Source: a virus (taxonomy: Duplodnaviria; Caudoviricetes). Taken from it: DNA of 26,154 bases. Below the pieces are notes generated by a model. It did not search any database, was not told where the DNA came from, and saw nothing but the letters and a program-made list of their open reading frames with translations. The stretch covers positions 1 through 26,154 of the IMG/VR virus record IMGVR_UViG_3300032087_002465; one strand, 5' to 3'. The translations under genes were made by a program, and so were the position numbers. Positions 1 through 6,859 of the stretch are shown piece after piece (positions within the stretch are counted from its first letter, which is position 1; each line of letters begins with the position of its first letter).

Positions 1-332
1 TCGACATGGCCAATGCGCTTTGCTGTAACGCAATAGACGCCGCAGCATTTCAGGCGCTCTTGTATGTCCTTTTGATTTGCTGACAAGCTGCCGCCTTTCG
101 GGCGCTTCAACTCGATCATTATCGGGCCTTTTGCAGCCTTGTCACGCCACCCGTTATCCGGCACAAAGATTTCCAGATCAGGCCAGCCTGCCGCCATGCC
201 CAGCTTTTTCAAACGCACTTTGTAGGCAACATGACGCTTGCCTTCGTTGGGGCTGTGATGCCAGACACTACCCAGAGGCAAAGCCATTTGCAGCCAGTGA
301 ACGACATAGGTTTGCAATTCATCCTCTGTCAT
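1..332 (-). CDS. VRR-NUC domain nuclease (putative Holliday junction resolvase), 3'-truncated by the window edge
   Basis: Not in the ORF track. Manual translation from ATG at 332 (alternative 335): MTEDELQTYVVHWLQMALPLGSVWHHSPNEGKRHVAYKVRLKKLGMAAGWPDLEIF...IELKRPKGGSLSANQKDIQERL; GxPDL...IELK...LSxxQ is the VRR-NUC signature. Confidence 0.85.
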   Translation of the reverse strand, partial: MTEDELQTYVVHWLQMALPLGSVWHHSPNEGKRHVAYKVRLKKLGMAAGWPDLEIFVPDNGWRDKAAKGPIMIELKRPKGGSLSANQKDIQERLKCCGVYCVTAKRIGHV

Positions 333-543
333 CATCAGTCAACAAGTAAAAGTCGTTGGGCTGCACCTCGCCATCAGTGATCCTGACGATTGCCTGCATA
401 AATTTTGCTGATGGAATTTTGCGATCTTCATCGCCCGGCGGCAAACACCAGCGCCTAGAAACAGTGGCATGGGCAGCGCCTGTCTGGCGTGCTAACTCTG
501 CAAATGACCAATCTTTGGCCAATCTGAAATCATTTAATGTCAT
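319..543 (-). CDS. Cro-like XRE helix-turn-helix protein
   Basis: MTLNDFRLAKDWSFAELARQTGAAHATVSRRW...IVRITDGEVQPNDFY, typical small Cro/CI HTH, divergent from the repressor. Start moved from 594 to ATG at 543 because the longer ORF runs through the operator/promoter. Confidence 0.85.
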   Translation of the reverse strand: MTLNDFRLAKDWSFAELARQTGAAHATVSRRWCLPPGDEDRKIPSAKFMQAIVRITDGEVQPNDFYLLTDDDRG

Positions 544-556
544 GCATTCGTAATAT

Positions 557-583
557 GCCACTTGACACAGTAGGTCAAGTGGC
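557..583. promoter_or_regulatory. Operator palindrome overlapping divergent cro/cI promoters
   Basis: Perfect 10-bp inverted repeat GCCACTTGAC-N7-GTCAAGTGGC; contains TTGACA (+, 562-567) and TTGACC (-, 578-573) -35-like hexamers. Confidence 0.75.
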
Positions 584-629
584 CTTATCACCACAAAATG
601 GCTTTAACACAATGTGACATGGTGATAGC

Positions 630-1409
630 ATGATACCTATGAATAACCTGAAGAACATGATCAAGGCGTCTGATCGGACATTGCGCGATGTAGCCGCGCA
701 AAAAGGCATCACGCCGGAATCAATCAGCCGCCAATGCAATGGTAAAACGCCTTTAAATGAGTATGACGCACAGGACTATGCCGAAATTCTAGGTTGTAAT
801 CCGTGGGATATCATGTACCAAAACCCGCCAGTGCCGTTGCTGGCCGCGATTATGCCGTGGGACGAAATCACTGATGATTATTTTGTCAAAAACGCGCCAG
901 ATTCCAAAATACCGACAAGCGACAACGGTGGAAAACCCGAACTTTTTATCGCCCACGAATGGTCTACTGAGCGTTCAAAACGGTTTGAGAACAAGTCTGT
1001 TTTTCTGCATGACTATTACAAAGATGAGGTGATGGCTGTCTACTGGGATCACACAATCGATTTGCCAGAAAACAACACCTACTTAGCCAGCGCCATTGAG
1101 ATTGTTGATGCAGAGCCATTGCGCACAAAAACAATATCGAAAGATTGTTTCGGCTATTTCAGCTATGCCATGACTGAGAATGGCGAGCTTCTCTATGGCA
1201 TTTTATACCAAGCTGGCAAAAATAATTTTACTATAGAATCAGTAAATTTTGGGACGCATACAAATCTTAAACTGTTGTGGGCTGCCCCATCATTAGCGTT
1301 GATAACCCGCCCTGACTTACGCGGGGTAAAGATTGTTGAACGGCCCACGCCAAAATTAAAAGAGGTAATTGGCACCAAGGCACAGGTGGGGGGTGTTAAG
1401 TTAGAATAA
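630..1409 (+). CDS. CI-like repressor (N-terminal XRE HTH, C-terminal degenerate S24-like domain)
   Basis: N-terminus NNLKNMIKASDRTLRDVAAQKGITPESISRQCNGKTPL...AEILGCNPWDIM is an XRE HTH; divergent from the cro-like gene; size typical of phage repressors. Confidence 0.85.
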   Translation: MIPMNNLKNMIKASDRTLRDVAAQKGITPESISRQCNGKTPLNEYDAQDYAEILGCNPWDIMYQNPPVPLLAAIMPWDEITDDYFVKNAPDSKIPTSDNGGKPELFIAHEWSTERSKRFENKSVFLHDYYKDEVMAVYWDHTIDLPENNTYLASAIEIVDAEPLRTKTISKDCFGYFSYAMTENGELLYGILYQAGKNNFTIESVNFGTHTNLKLLWAAPSLALITRPDLRGVKIVERPTPKLKEVIGTKAQVGGVKLE

Positions 1410-1427
1410 TATTTTACAATATGTAGC

Positions 1428-1456
1428 TTGACACTAAATGATATGGTCGTTAGAAC
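1428..1456 (+). promoter_or_regulatory. Putative sigma70 early promoter with overlapping degenerate operator
   Basis: TTGACA (1428-1433), 17-bp spacer, TAGAAC (1451-1456) directly upstream of the recombination operon; 1428-1443 resembles the operator motif. Confidence 0.55.
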
Positions 1457-1488
1457 CTTGGTAGATTGATTTCTATCGGGGTTTTTTT
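1454..1488 (+). terminator. Putative intrinsic terminator downstream of cI
   Basis: Stem AACCTTGGTAGA / TCTATCGGGGTT (with G-U pairs), 6-nt loop, T7 run at 1482-1488. Confidence 0.55.
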
Positions 1489-2406
1489 ATGTCCTTACCA
1501 CCAAGCACCAGTTGGGCTGCATCAAAACACTACCATCATCACAGTAACCCGGCGTCCCGCCCGGTGTGCCGCACTCTATTTGAAAAGTGCATTATCAGGC
1601 CAAAGGTCAACAAGGCTTGGATGATCATTAAGGGTGATCTGGTGGGCGATAAGCAAGCTGCCAGAGCGACCATTGATCTTTATGCAGATGACAATGCCAA
1701 CATGCTGGCTGGCCGTGTCGTGCAGGATTGCGCCAATCTTGTTCTAATTGATGAGCATACGCTGGACGCAGCCATCAGGCAGGGCATGAGCCGGTTTGAT
1801 GAATACCATCCACGCACTTGGGATGGCGGCAAAGATGAGCGCAAGCTGGCGGTCAATCGCGGTGAGTTTGCTGATGTGCTGACCAATGCCATCGAGGGCG
1901 TTAAAGAAGCGCACGCACTTTATGGCCTTAACCGCATTGAGGGCGAAAGCGAGATATTCGCCAATCTGCCGGGGCTAGAACTGCCTTACTCTGGCTTTCC
2001 AGATTTCTCACGGCGCATTGAGCTTAAAACAAAATGGTCAACTGCCACCGACACAAAGTCTGGCAAGCGGTCTGCCAGCCTGCCGAACAAACCCACGTGG
2101 CCACACATTTGTCAGGTGGCCGGTTACTGGTTTGGTACTGGCCTGATGCAGACCATCGTATACGCAAACGCCAAAGATTATCGTGTGTTTAACGAGGATA
2201 ACTGTGAGCAGCTATCTAAAGATGGGCTGCAATCGGCAGTAAACCATATCGTTGCCAAATGCTCGATCCGCGAAAATCTACTCAAAAGCACAAATTCTGT
2301 GGACGAAATGCTGCGCCTCATTGAGCCAGATTTCGGACATATGTGGGCATGGGATATGCGCCCTGCCGTTCTTGATGAAGCCAAAAAATTATGGGGGTTC
2401 AAATGA
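1489..2406 (+). CDS. PD-(D/E)xK family exonuclease (RecB/Cas4/lambda-exo-like)
   Basis: E...GFPDFSRRIELKT...HICQVAGY motif order; first gene of an operon that also encodes ERF. Confidence 0.75.
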   Translation: MSLPPSTSWAASKHYHHHSNPASRPVCRTLFEKCIIRPKVNKAWMIIKGDLVGDKQAARATIDLYADDNANMLAGRVVQDCANLVLIDEHTLDAAIRQGMSRFDEYHPRTWDGGKDERKLAVNRGEFADVLTNAIEGVKEAHALYGLNRIEGESEIFANLPGLELPYSGFPDFSRRIELKTKWSTATDTKSGKRSASLPNKPTWPHICQVAGYWFGTGLMQTIVYANAKDYRVFNEDNCEQLSKDGLQSAVNHIVAKCSIRENLLKSTNSVDEMLRLIEPDFGHMWAWDMRPAVLDEAKKLWGFK

Positions 2407-2576
2407 ACAAATACTTACAACTGCACATAGATCAGGCCAGTCACTCTACACGGCGGCGCTTTCGTATGACTTTTGCTGTGCTGCGTTGCTTGGGCTATCT
2501 GGCAATGATTTACGCCGTTGTCCTCTCGCTCTGGTGGACGCTGACCTTTGCCTTCGCCATGACACCGGGAATGTGA
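2403..2576 (+). CDS. Small hypothetical membrane protein
   Basis: ATGA overlap with the exonuclease stop; hydrophobic C-terminal half LGYLAMIYAVVLSLWWTLTFAFAM. Confidence 0.6.
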   Translation: MNKYLQLHIDQASHSTRRRFRMTFAVLRCLGYLAMIYAVVLSLWWTLTFAFAMTPGM

Positions 2577-2578
2577 TC

Positions 2579-2917
2579 ATGGTGCAAGCAACGCTCTTTG
2601 AGGCCTTAGAGGCACCTAGAAACCAGCGAGAGGCGCGATTTCTAACCTTCCATCGGTCAAACCCGGTTGTTTATCAGCTATGGGATAAATTTACCCGCGA
2701 GGCATTGGCCAAGGGCCACAAGCGCGTTGGCTCTCAAATGATCATGGAACGTATTCGGTGGGAAACCACGATCAACATTATCGATGCGCGGCCTGATGGC
2801 GAGGCGCTGAAGATCAATGACCATCACAAGCCTTACTATGCGCGGCTGTGGATGAAGAACAACCCGGCCCATGTAGGGCTGTTTAACACAAGATCAGTTG
2901 AGGGTGACAATGAGTGA
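2579..2917 (+). CDS. Phage hypothetical protein (possible DNA-binding)
   Basis: Likely start MVQATLFEAL at 2579, 2 nt after the previous stop; FHRSNPVVYQLW...MERIRWE...KINDHHKPYYARL resembles a recurrent phage early protein. Confidence 0.7.
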   Translation: MVQATLFEALEAPRNQREARFLTFHRSNPVVYQLWDKFTREALAKGHKRVGSQMIMERIRWETTINIIDARPDGEALKINDHHKPYYARLWMKNNPAHVGLFNTRSVEGDNE

Positions 2918-3515
2918 ACTAGCAAAGGCTTTAGCTGAGTTTCAATCGGCGCAGACAGGCTTGGATTTAGACAAGCAGGGCAACAGATCACAATATGCCA
3001 GCGTTGGCTCTGTGATGACTAAGGTAAAGCAGGCCGCACAGCATGGCCTGTCTTTCAGCCAATTGGTTGATTATGAGGATGGTGTCGGCACGCATCTGAA
3101 AACCTACATCATGCACACCTCTGGCGAGGAAAAGGTGGGCCGTTATCCGATTGCAGTTGATGATATGACCAACAATCAGAAGCTGGGTTCAGCAATCAGC
3201 TATGCACGGCGATATGCATTGATGGCAGCACTTGGCATGGCTGCTGGCATTCAAGAGGTTGATTTTGACGATGATGACGATGGCGAGATCAATGGCGCAC
3301 TAAAAGACCCACCAAAGCAAGCAGCCAAGGCATATGACCTCGATGCGCTTGAGACAAAAATCCAGACATTCAAATCACTGACCGGGCTGAACGCTTGGAT
3401 CGGCGAGATGAATCCTGTGCTAACGGCGATGCACAAAGAAAACAACGCCGACTATAACCGCTTTTTTGCATTTTGGAAAAAACAGGAAAAGGACATATCC
3501 GATGGCAAGACCTGA
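2910..3515 (+). CDS. erf: ERF-family single-strand annealing protein
   Basis: LAKALAEFQ...YAS...QKLGSAISYARRYALMAALGMA followed by acidic DDDDDG, the diagnostic ERF motif; SD-like GAGGG upstream of ATG 2910. Confidence 0.9.
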   Translation: MSELAKALAEFQSAQTGLDLDKQGNRSQYASVGSVMTKVKQAAQHGLSFSQLVDYEDGVGTHLKTYIMHTSGEEKVGRYPIAVDDMTNNQKLGSAISYARRYALMAALGMAAGIQEVDFDDDDDGEINGALKDPPKQAAKAYDLDALETKIQTFKSLTGLNAWIGEMNPVLTAMHKENNADYNRFFAFWKKQEKDISDGKT

Positions 3516-3867
3516 TTACAAAGGGGGCAACCCCAAACTACAGCGCGGGGTGGAAATCACTGACAATCTCCAAATCGGATTTTGGTTCAACATTGATGAC
3601 CCTGATCTGCGTGCGAGGCTTGATGCCTATTACGCAGCGGCAGCGGCTGACAAGGAAAACGGATGGAAGCGAGAGCCGGGTGTGCAATTGCAAGTCAAGG
3701 TTGGCAACGAATTTATGACCGTTTGCAAAAGCAGGCTGTGGCTCGACACTGGGCCACCAGCGGCACCGGCACCGGCACCAGTCTATGCCCCTGCCCCGCC
3801 GCCTCACACAAACGTGCCTGACGCACCGCCACCACCAGCAGGCTATGGGGCAGCTAAAAATGGCTAG
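3502..3867 (+). CDS. Putative single-stranded DNA-binding protein with Pro-rich tail
   Basis: Position after ERF; aromatic beta-rich core and a flexible PAPAPVYAPAPPP tail; AGGA upstream. Function inferred from context only. Confidence 0.45.
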   Translation: MARPDYKGGNPKLQRGVEITDNLQIGFWFNIDDPDLRARLDAYYAAAAADKENGWKREPGVQLQVKVGNEFMTVCKSRLWLDTGPPAAPAPAPVYAPAPPPHTNVPDAPPPPAGYGAAKNG

Positions 3868-4072
3868 GCAGGCTCTGTATACAGTCAAAGAGGCGTGTGA
3901 TGCGCTGTTTGGTGAGGGTTACAGCGAGGCCAGCCGCAAGCGTGTAAGGCGCTGGATCAGCAACGGCCAGTTGAACGCGATTCGAGACGGATCACGCTGG
4001 TTTATACCGCGTGGCGAAATTGCCAAAATGGGAGGTGATGTTGGACAAGAGAGCAACAAGCTGGACGCCTGA
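3860..4072 (+). CDS. xis: Excisionase / recombination directionality factor (HTH_17, MerR-like)
   Basis: LYTVKEACDALF...KRVRRWISNGQLNAIRDGSRWFIPRGEI matches the excisionase winged-HTH pattern; next to the integrase. Confidence 0.8.
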   Translation: MARQALYTVKEACDALFGEGYSEASRKRVRRWISNGQLNAIRDGSRWFIPRGEIAKMGGDVGQESNKLDA

Positions 4073-4208
4073 GAGGCGTGCGGCACATAGCATTGCGATG
4101 CGTAAAATGTGGGCTGAAAAACAGAGGGCGGCTGTCAAGCAAGTAGCCAAACCGCCAGAGACCAGTTGGTTACAGCAATTTTGGGAGAGGGTGAAAGGGG
4201 CGCGTTAG
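4038..4208 (+). CDS. Small basic hypothetical protein
   Basis: GGAGG immediately upstream; SWTPERRAAHSIAMRKMW; ends inside the terminator hairpin. Confidence 0.6.
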   Translation: MLDKRATSWTPERRAAHSIAMRKMWAEKQRAAVKQVAKPPETSWLQQFWERVKGAR

Positions 4209-4218
4209 CGCCCTTTTT
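4194..4218. terminator. Bidirectional intrinsic terminator between the early operon and int
   Basis: AAAG-GGGCGC-GTTA-GCGCCC-TTTTT between convergent stops at 4208 and 4217. Confidence 0.75.
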
Positions 4219-5368
4219 ATGTGCCAAATATGGCGCTGGCTGTTGCTGACCTTGCCTTTTCTTGCTTGGCCTCGTTCTTTGAATAATGGCCATATTGGCG
4301 ATATGTGAAAGATGGGTTGCTGTGACCCATGTGGGCAGCAACATCTGCCCAATCCTCACCTAAACCAGACAATTGCACGCTAGCGAAAAAATGCCTCATA
4401 TCACCCCACACCATGCGCTCAATGCCTGCTCGTTTGCTGGCACGCTCAATTAACTCGCGCAGTGTTTTTTTCTGTTTTGGCAAGCCAGAGCCAGTTGCAA
4501 AAACCAGATCATCATCAGATTTGTACCGGCTCTGCAATTTCACCTCACGCAACACTTGGATAGTTTCAGCAGGCACTGGGATCGTGCGATAGCCACGCTT
4601 AGTTTTTGGCTCCCCAATGTTACTGCTTTCATTTTTAACAGCTTGCTTTACACGCACCGTGCCACCAGCAAAATCTACACAACCCCAAGATAAAGCACGT
4701 AACTCGCCCTGCCTCATACCTGATGACAACGCTGTGAGGATCATTGCACGGCTAACAATCGATTCGCCAACAACGCCCTTGGTTACCAGCTTCTGCACTG
4801 TTTCTGGTTGAATTTTGGGAGCGCGATCCGCAATCTCTGTAGACAGACCAAATGAAACCTTGTCCAACGGGTTTAGATCAATCCACCCTTTACCTTGGCA
4901 ATAATTAAAAAACGCTTTCATAACTTTGATGCGTTTTTCAGCGGTGGATTTGCTCGCACTTTTCGCTTTTATCTCGCGCTTGAAAGCCGCTGCCAAATCA
5001 TCTTTGTTTGATTTTGAAATTGTTTTTGCCAGATCATACTTACCGAATGGCCTTCCATCGACCTTTATTGCTAACGCAAAATCCACACCACGCCGCAAGT
5101 CGTTATAGTGAGGTTCGCTGATTTCGCCATCTTCAACCCTGCGCATTTGAGACTTTAAAAAAACAACGGCAGCATCACTGCATTTAGTTACAGCAACCGG
5201 CGCTGCAATCTGCCCAGTCAAAAATTTGGCCTTCAGCATTTCAGCTTGTTCCAGCGCCGCTGCTTCAGTTTCGAATCTGCCGTGATTGACACTCAACCCT
5301 ACACGCGATGCGTTGATTGTGTAATAGCCACGCTTTGCCCAAAATTTTACTGATAAATCTTTCATCAC
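4217..5368 (-). CDS. int: Tyrosine recombinase (phage integrase)
   Basis: SGMRQGELRALSW, PKTKRGYRTIP, DMRHFFAS, MGHSNPSFTYRQYGH catalytic motifs; GGGAG upstream; adjacent to the att core. Confidence 0.95.
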   Translation of the reverse strand: MMKDLSVKFWAKRGYYTINASRVGLSVNHGRFETEAAALEQAEMLKAKFLTGQIAAPVAVTKCSDAAVVFLKSQMRRVEDGEISEPHYNDLRRGVDFALAIKVDGRPFGKYDLAKTISKSNKDDLAAAFKREIKAKSASKSTAEKRIKVMKAFFNYCQGKGWIDLNPLDKVSFGLSTEIADRAPKIQPETVQKLVTKGVVGESIVSRAMILTALSSGMRQGELRALSWGCVDFAGGTVRVKQAVKNESSNIGEPKTKRGYRTIPVPAETIQVLREVKLQSRYKSDDDLVFATGSGLPKQKKTLRELIERASKRAGIERMVWGDMRHFFASVQLSGLGEDWADVAAHMGHSNPSFTYRQYGHYSKNEAKQEKARSATASAIFGT

Positions 5369-5400
5369 AAGCTCCCAATTGTCTTATTGCGCTTGCTATA

Positions 5401-5416
5401 TTGACACAAAAGGTCA
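5401..5416. promoter_or_regulatory. Operator-like site upstream of int
   Basis: TTGACACAAAAGGTCA versus TTGACACAGTAGGTCA at 562-577 (14/16 identical; TGAC-N7-GTCA dyad). Confidence 0.65.
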
Positions 5417-5428
5417 CGTATTTAAAGA

Positions 5429-5461
5429 AAAACTATAACAAAACTATAACAAACCTATAAC
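5429..5461 (+). repeat. Three tandem 11-bp direct repeats, putative integrase arm-type sites
   Basis: AAAACTATAAC AAAACTATAAC AAACCTATAAC. Confidence 0.8.
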
Positions 5462-5466
5462 AACGC

Positions 5467-5509
5467 AAAAAAACAGCCCCCAGCCGTTAAAGGCTGAGGG
5501 CTTGTTTTT
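5467..5509 (-). terminator. Intrinsic terminator downstream of the tRNA fragment
   Basis: AGCCCCCAGCC / GGCTGAGGGCT stem (one mismatch) flanked by A7 and T5 runs; lies 3' of the tRNA CCA end on the - strand, before int. Confidence 0.7.
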
Positions 5510-5532
5510 GAGGCTATGCCTCGGTTTGGGGA

Positions 5533-5577
5533 TGGCGGGAGTGACGGGACTCGAACCCGCGGCCTCTGGCGTGACAG
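5533..5577 (-). other. attP core: 3' part of a tRNA-Asp(GTC) gene (not a complete tRNA)
   Basis: - strand CTGTCACGCCAGAGGCCGCGGGTTCGAGTCCCGTCACTCCCGCCA = anticodon loop (CT-GTC-AC), variable loop, T-arm with GGTTCGA, acceptor 3' strand and CCA; 5' half absent. Confidence 0.92.
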
Positions 5578-5605
5578 TCACGATTTTAGTGGTTTTTGAA
5601 CACCT

Positions 5606-5629
5606 AAAATGGCGGTTTCCCGCCGTTTT
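5606..5629 (-). terminator. Putative terminator of the late operon
   Basis: AAAATGGCGG-TTTC-CCGCCGTTTT hairpin about 55 nt downstream of the last late gene stop (5684). Confidence 0.55.
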
Positions 5630-5659
5630 TGTGATTTCATGGTATTTGCTGGGAACCCA

Positions 5660-5681
5660 AAACCTATAACAAAACTATAAC
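5660..5681 (+). repeat. Two tandem 11-bp direct repeats, putative integrase arm-type sites
   Basis: AAACCTATAAC AAAACTATAAC, same unit and orientation as 5429-5461, on the other side of the core. Confidence 0.8.
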
Positions 5682-5683
5682 AG

Positions 5684-5860
5684 TTATGCCTTTGCCTTAC
5701 GCTTTTTTGCCGTCTTAGCAGATTGCTTGAACGCAGCGGCTGTCGGTGCGCCTTTGCTGCCGACTTTTCTCATGCGTTCTGGCTTTCTACCAGCCGCTTT
5801 TTGCGCTTTGATTCGCGCACGTTTTCTAGCAATGTTGCGGTATAATCCGGGTCGTTTCAT
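5684..5860 (-). CDS. Small highly basic protein
   Basis: MKRPGLYRNIARKRARIKAQK...RMRKVGSKGAPTAAAFKQSAKTAKKRK; GGAGG upstream of ATG 5860. Confidence 0.8.
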   Translation of the reverse strand: MKRPGLYRNIARKRARIKAQKAAGRKPERMRKVGSKGAPTAAAFKQSAKTAKKRKAKA

Positions 5861-5862
5861 TA

Positions 5863-5982
5863 TCAAACCCTCCGCAAACTACGGCCACCCATGCGGCCAC
5901 CCATGCGGCCAGCAGGCTTTTTGTTAGCTGCTGTTTTTGTCTGTTTCTTTTTCTTCATTGGTTTTTTCATATATCCGGGCAT
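5863..5982 (-). CDS. 39-aa highly basic peptide with GRMG repeats
   Basis: Below the ORF-track cutoff. Manual translation MPGYMKKPMKKKKQTKTAANKKPAGRMGGRMGGRSLRRV; fills the gap between its neighbours; includes the 12-bp tandem repeat CGGCCACCCATG at 5882-5911. Confidence 0.7.
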   Translation of the reverse strand: MPGYMKKPMKKKKQTKTAANKKPAGRMGGRMGGRSLRRV

Positions 5983-5986
5983 CTTC

Positions 5987-6148
5987 TTACCTTCCTGCTC
6001 TGCGCATAGCCGCCCTATGCGCTTCTGTGAATGTCTTGCCGCCGCGCATTGCTTTACGCATTGATGTGATATGCTTTGCAGTATGATGGGCGCGATGGCG
6101 CTTCAGCGCGGCTTCCTGCCGTGCCGTTAAAGCTTTTGGTTTCCGCAT
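5987..6148 (-). CDS. Small highly basic His-containing protein
   Basis: MRKPKALTARQEAALKRHRAHHTAKHITSMRKAMRGGKTFTEAHRAAMRRAGR; TAATG coupling to the upstream gene at 6148. Confidence 0.8.
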   Translation of the reverse strand: MRKPKALTARQEAALKRHRAHHTAKHITSMRKAMRGGKTFTEAHRAAMRRAGR

Positions 6149-6408
6149 TATGATCTCCGCGATTTTTTGCCAGCGCATTTCCAACGCTTGCGTGATAGCC
6201 GCAAAGGGCTATTAGGATTCTTTGCTGCTTTCGGATTCTTTCTCATCTGACCGGCTGATCTGGCGCAGTAGCTATCACCCTTGCTGGTGCCTGCGCGTAC
6301 ACGCGGCCCACCACCCTTGGCCTTACCAGCTTGGCCATAGCTGACCTTTTTGCCTGTCGCTGTGATTTTAACCTTGGCCTTGCCTTTAGCTGGCGTTAAC
6401 CTAGCCAT
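6148..6408 (-). CDS. Small basic phage protein (DUF6321-like)
   Basis: SYCARSAGQ...KNPNSPLRLSRKRWKC pattern with two Cys; overlaps the endolysin stop. Confidence 0.7.
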   Translation of the reverse strand: MARLTPAKGKAKVKITATGKKVSYGQAGKAKGGGPRVRAGTSKGDSYCARSAGQMRKNPKAAKNPNSPLRLSRKRWKCAGKKSRRS

Positions 6409-6859
6409 CTTTTAACAGCCCCTGCCGATAGCCCTTGGCCTTGCTGTATGTCAGCGTCTCGCGTCTGCCTTCATCTGCATATGAGCAGTGAACCCAGCCG
6501 CTATTGCCGCCCTGATAGCACTCAAGGATCAGTTGATCGAATGGCAGATTATCCTCGATCCAGCGTGCTAAATCGTAGTTGTCCACCCCGGCCACCTCAA
6601 AGTCGGCTGCTGCCGCGTTGTTGTTGCAAGTATGCTGTGATGTCATTTTGGAGCCAATGGCAACGCATAACTCCGGGCTACGATAGCCGCTAGAGACCAT
6701 GAACGATCCAAACTCATTGCGAATGGGCTGCAATATGTTTTCACACAGAGCCTCTAACGCACCGATCTGGTCAGTGTCTGGCAAATTTGGGATGCCCTTG
6801 CGTTCTGCCGTTTGGCTTTTACACAATTCATCAAGCGTGAAATTTTGTGAAAGTCTCAT
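6401..6859 (-). CDS. Endolysin, peptidase M15A family (Zn peptidase)
   Basis: LSQNFTLDEL...VSSGYRSPEL...SQH...AADF...WVHCS: SxH, D and H zinc ligands of M15 peptidases. Confidence 0.9.
   Translation of the reverse strand: MRLSQNFTLDELCKSQTAERKGIPNLPDTDQIGALEALCENILQPIRNEFGSFMVSSGYRSPELCVAIGSKMTSQHTCNNNAAAADFEVAGVDNYDLARWIEDNLPFDQLILECYQGGNSGWVHCSYADEGRRETLTYSKAKGYRQGLLKDG

Noticed and set aside
604-618. CtrA box (TTAA-N7-TTAA)
   Set aside because: Second half-site is TGAC; it fits the phage operator motif better
1489-2406. Cas4 / CRISPR-associated role for the nuclease
   Set aside because: No clear four-Cys Fe-S pattern and no array; context with ERF indicates a recombination exonuclease
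2252-2578. N-terminal extension of the 221-aa ORF, and the many antisense ORFs in the track (e.g. 12725-13243, 14845-15279, 23653-24102, 24903-25427)
   Set aside because: They overlap well-supported genes, lack recognisable motifs, and look like shadow ORFs
5533-5610. Complete phage-encoded tRNA-Asp
   Set aside because: No D-arm or 5' acceptor strand upstream of the anticodon loop; it is an att core fragment
5429-5681. CRISPR array or replication iterons
   Set aside because: Units are 11 bp, tandem and without spacers; no cas or rep gene adjacent; placement around the att core fits integrase arm sites better
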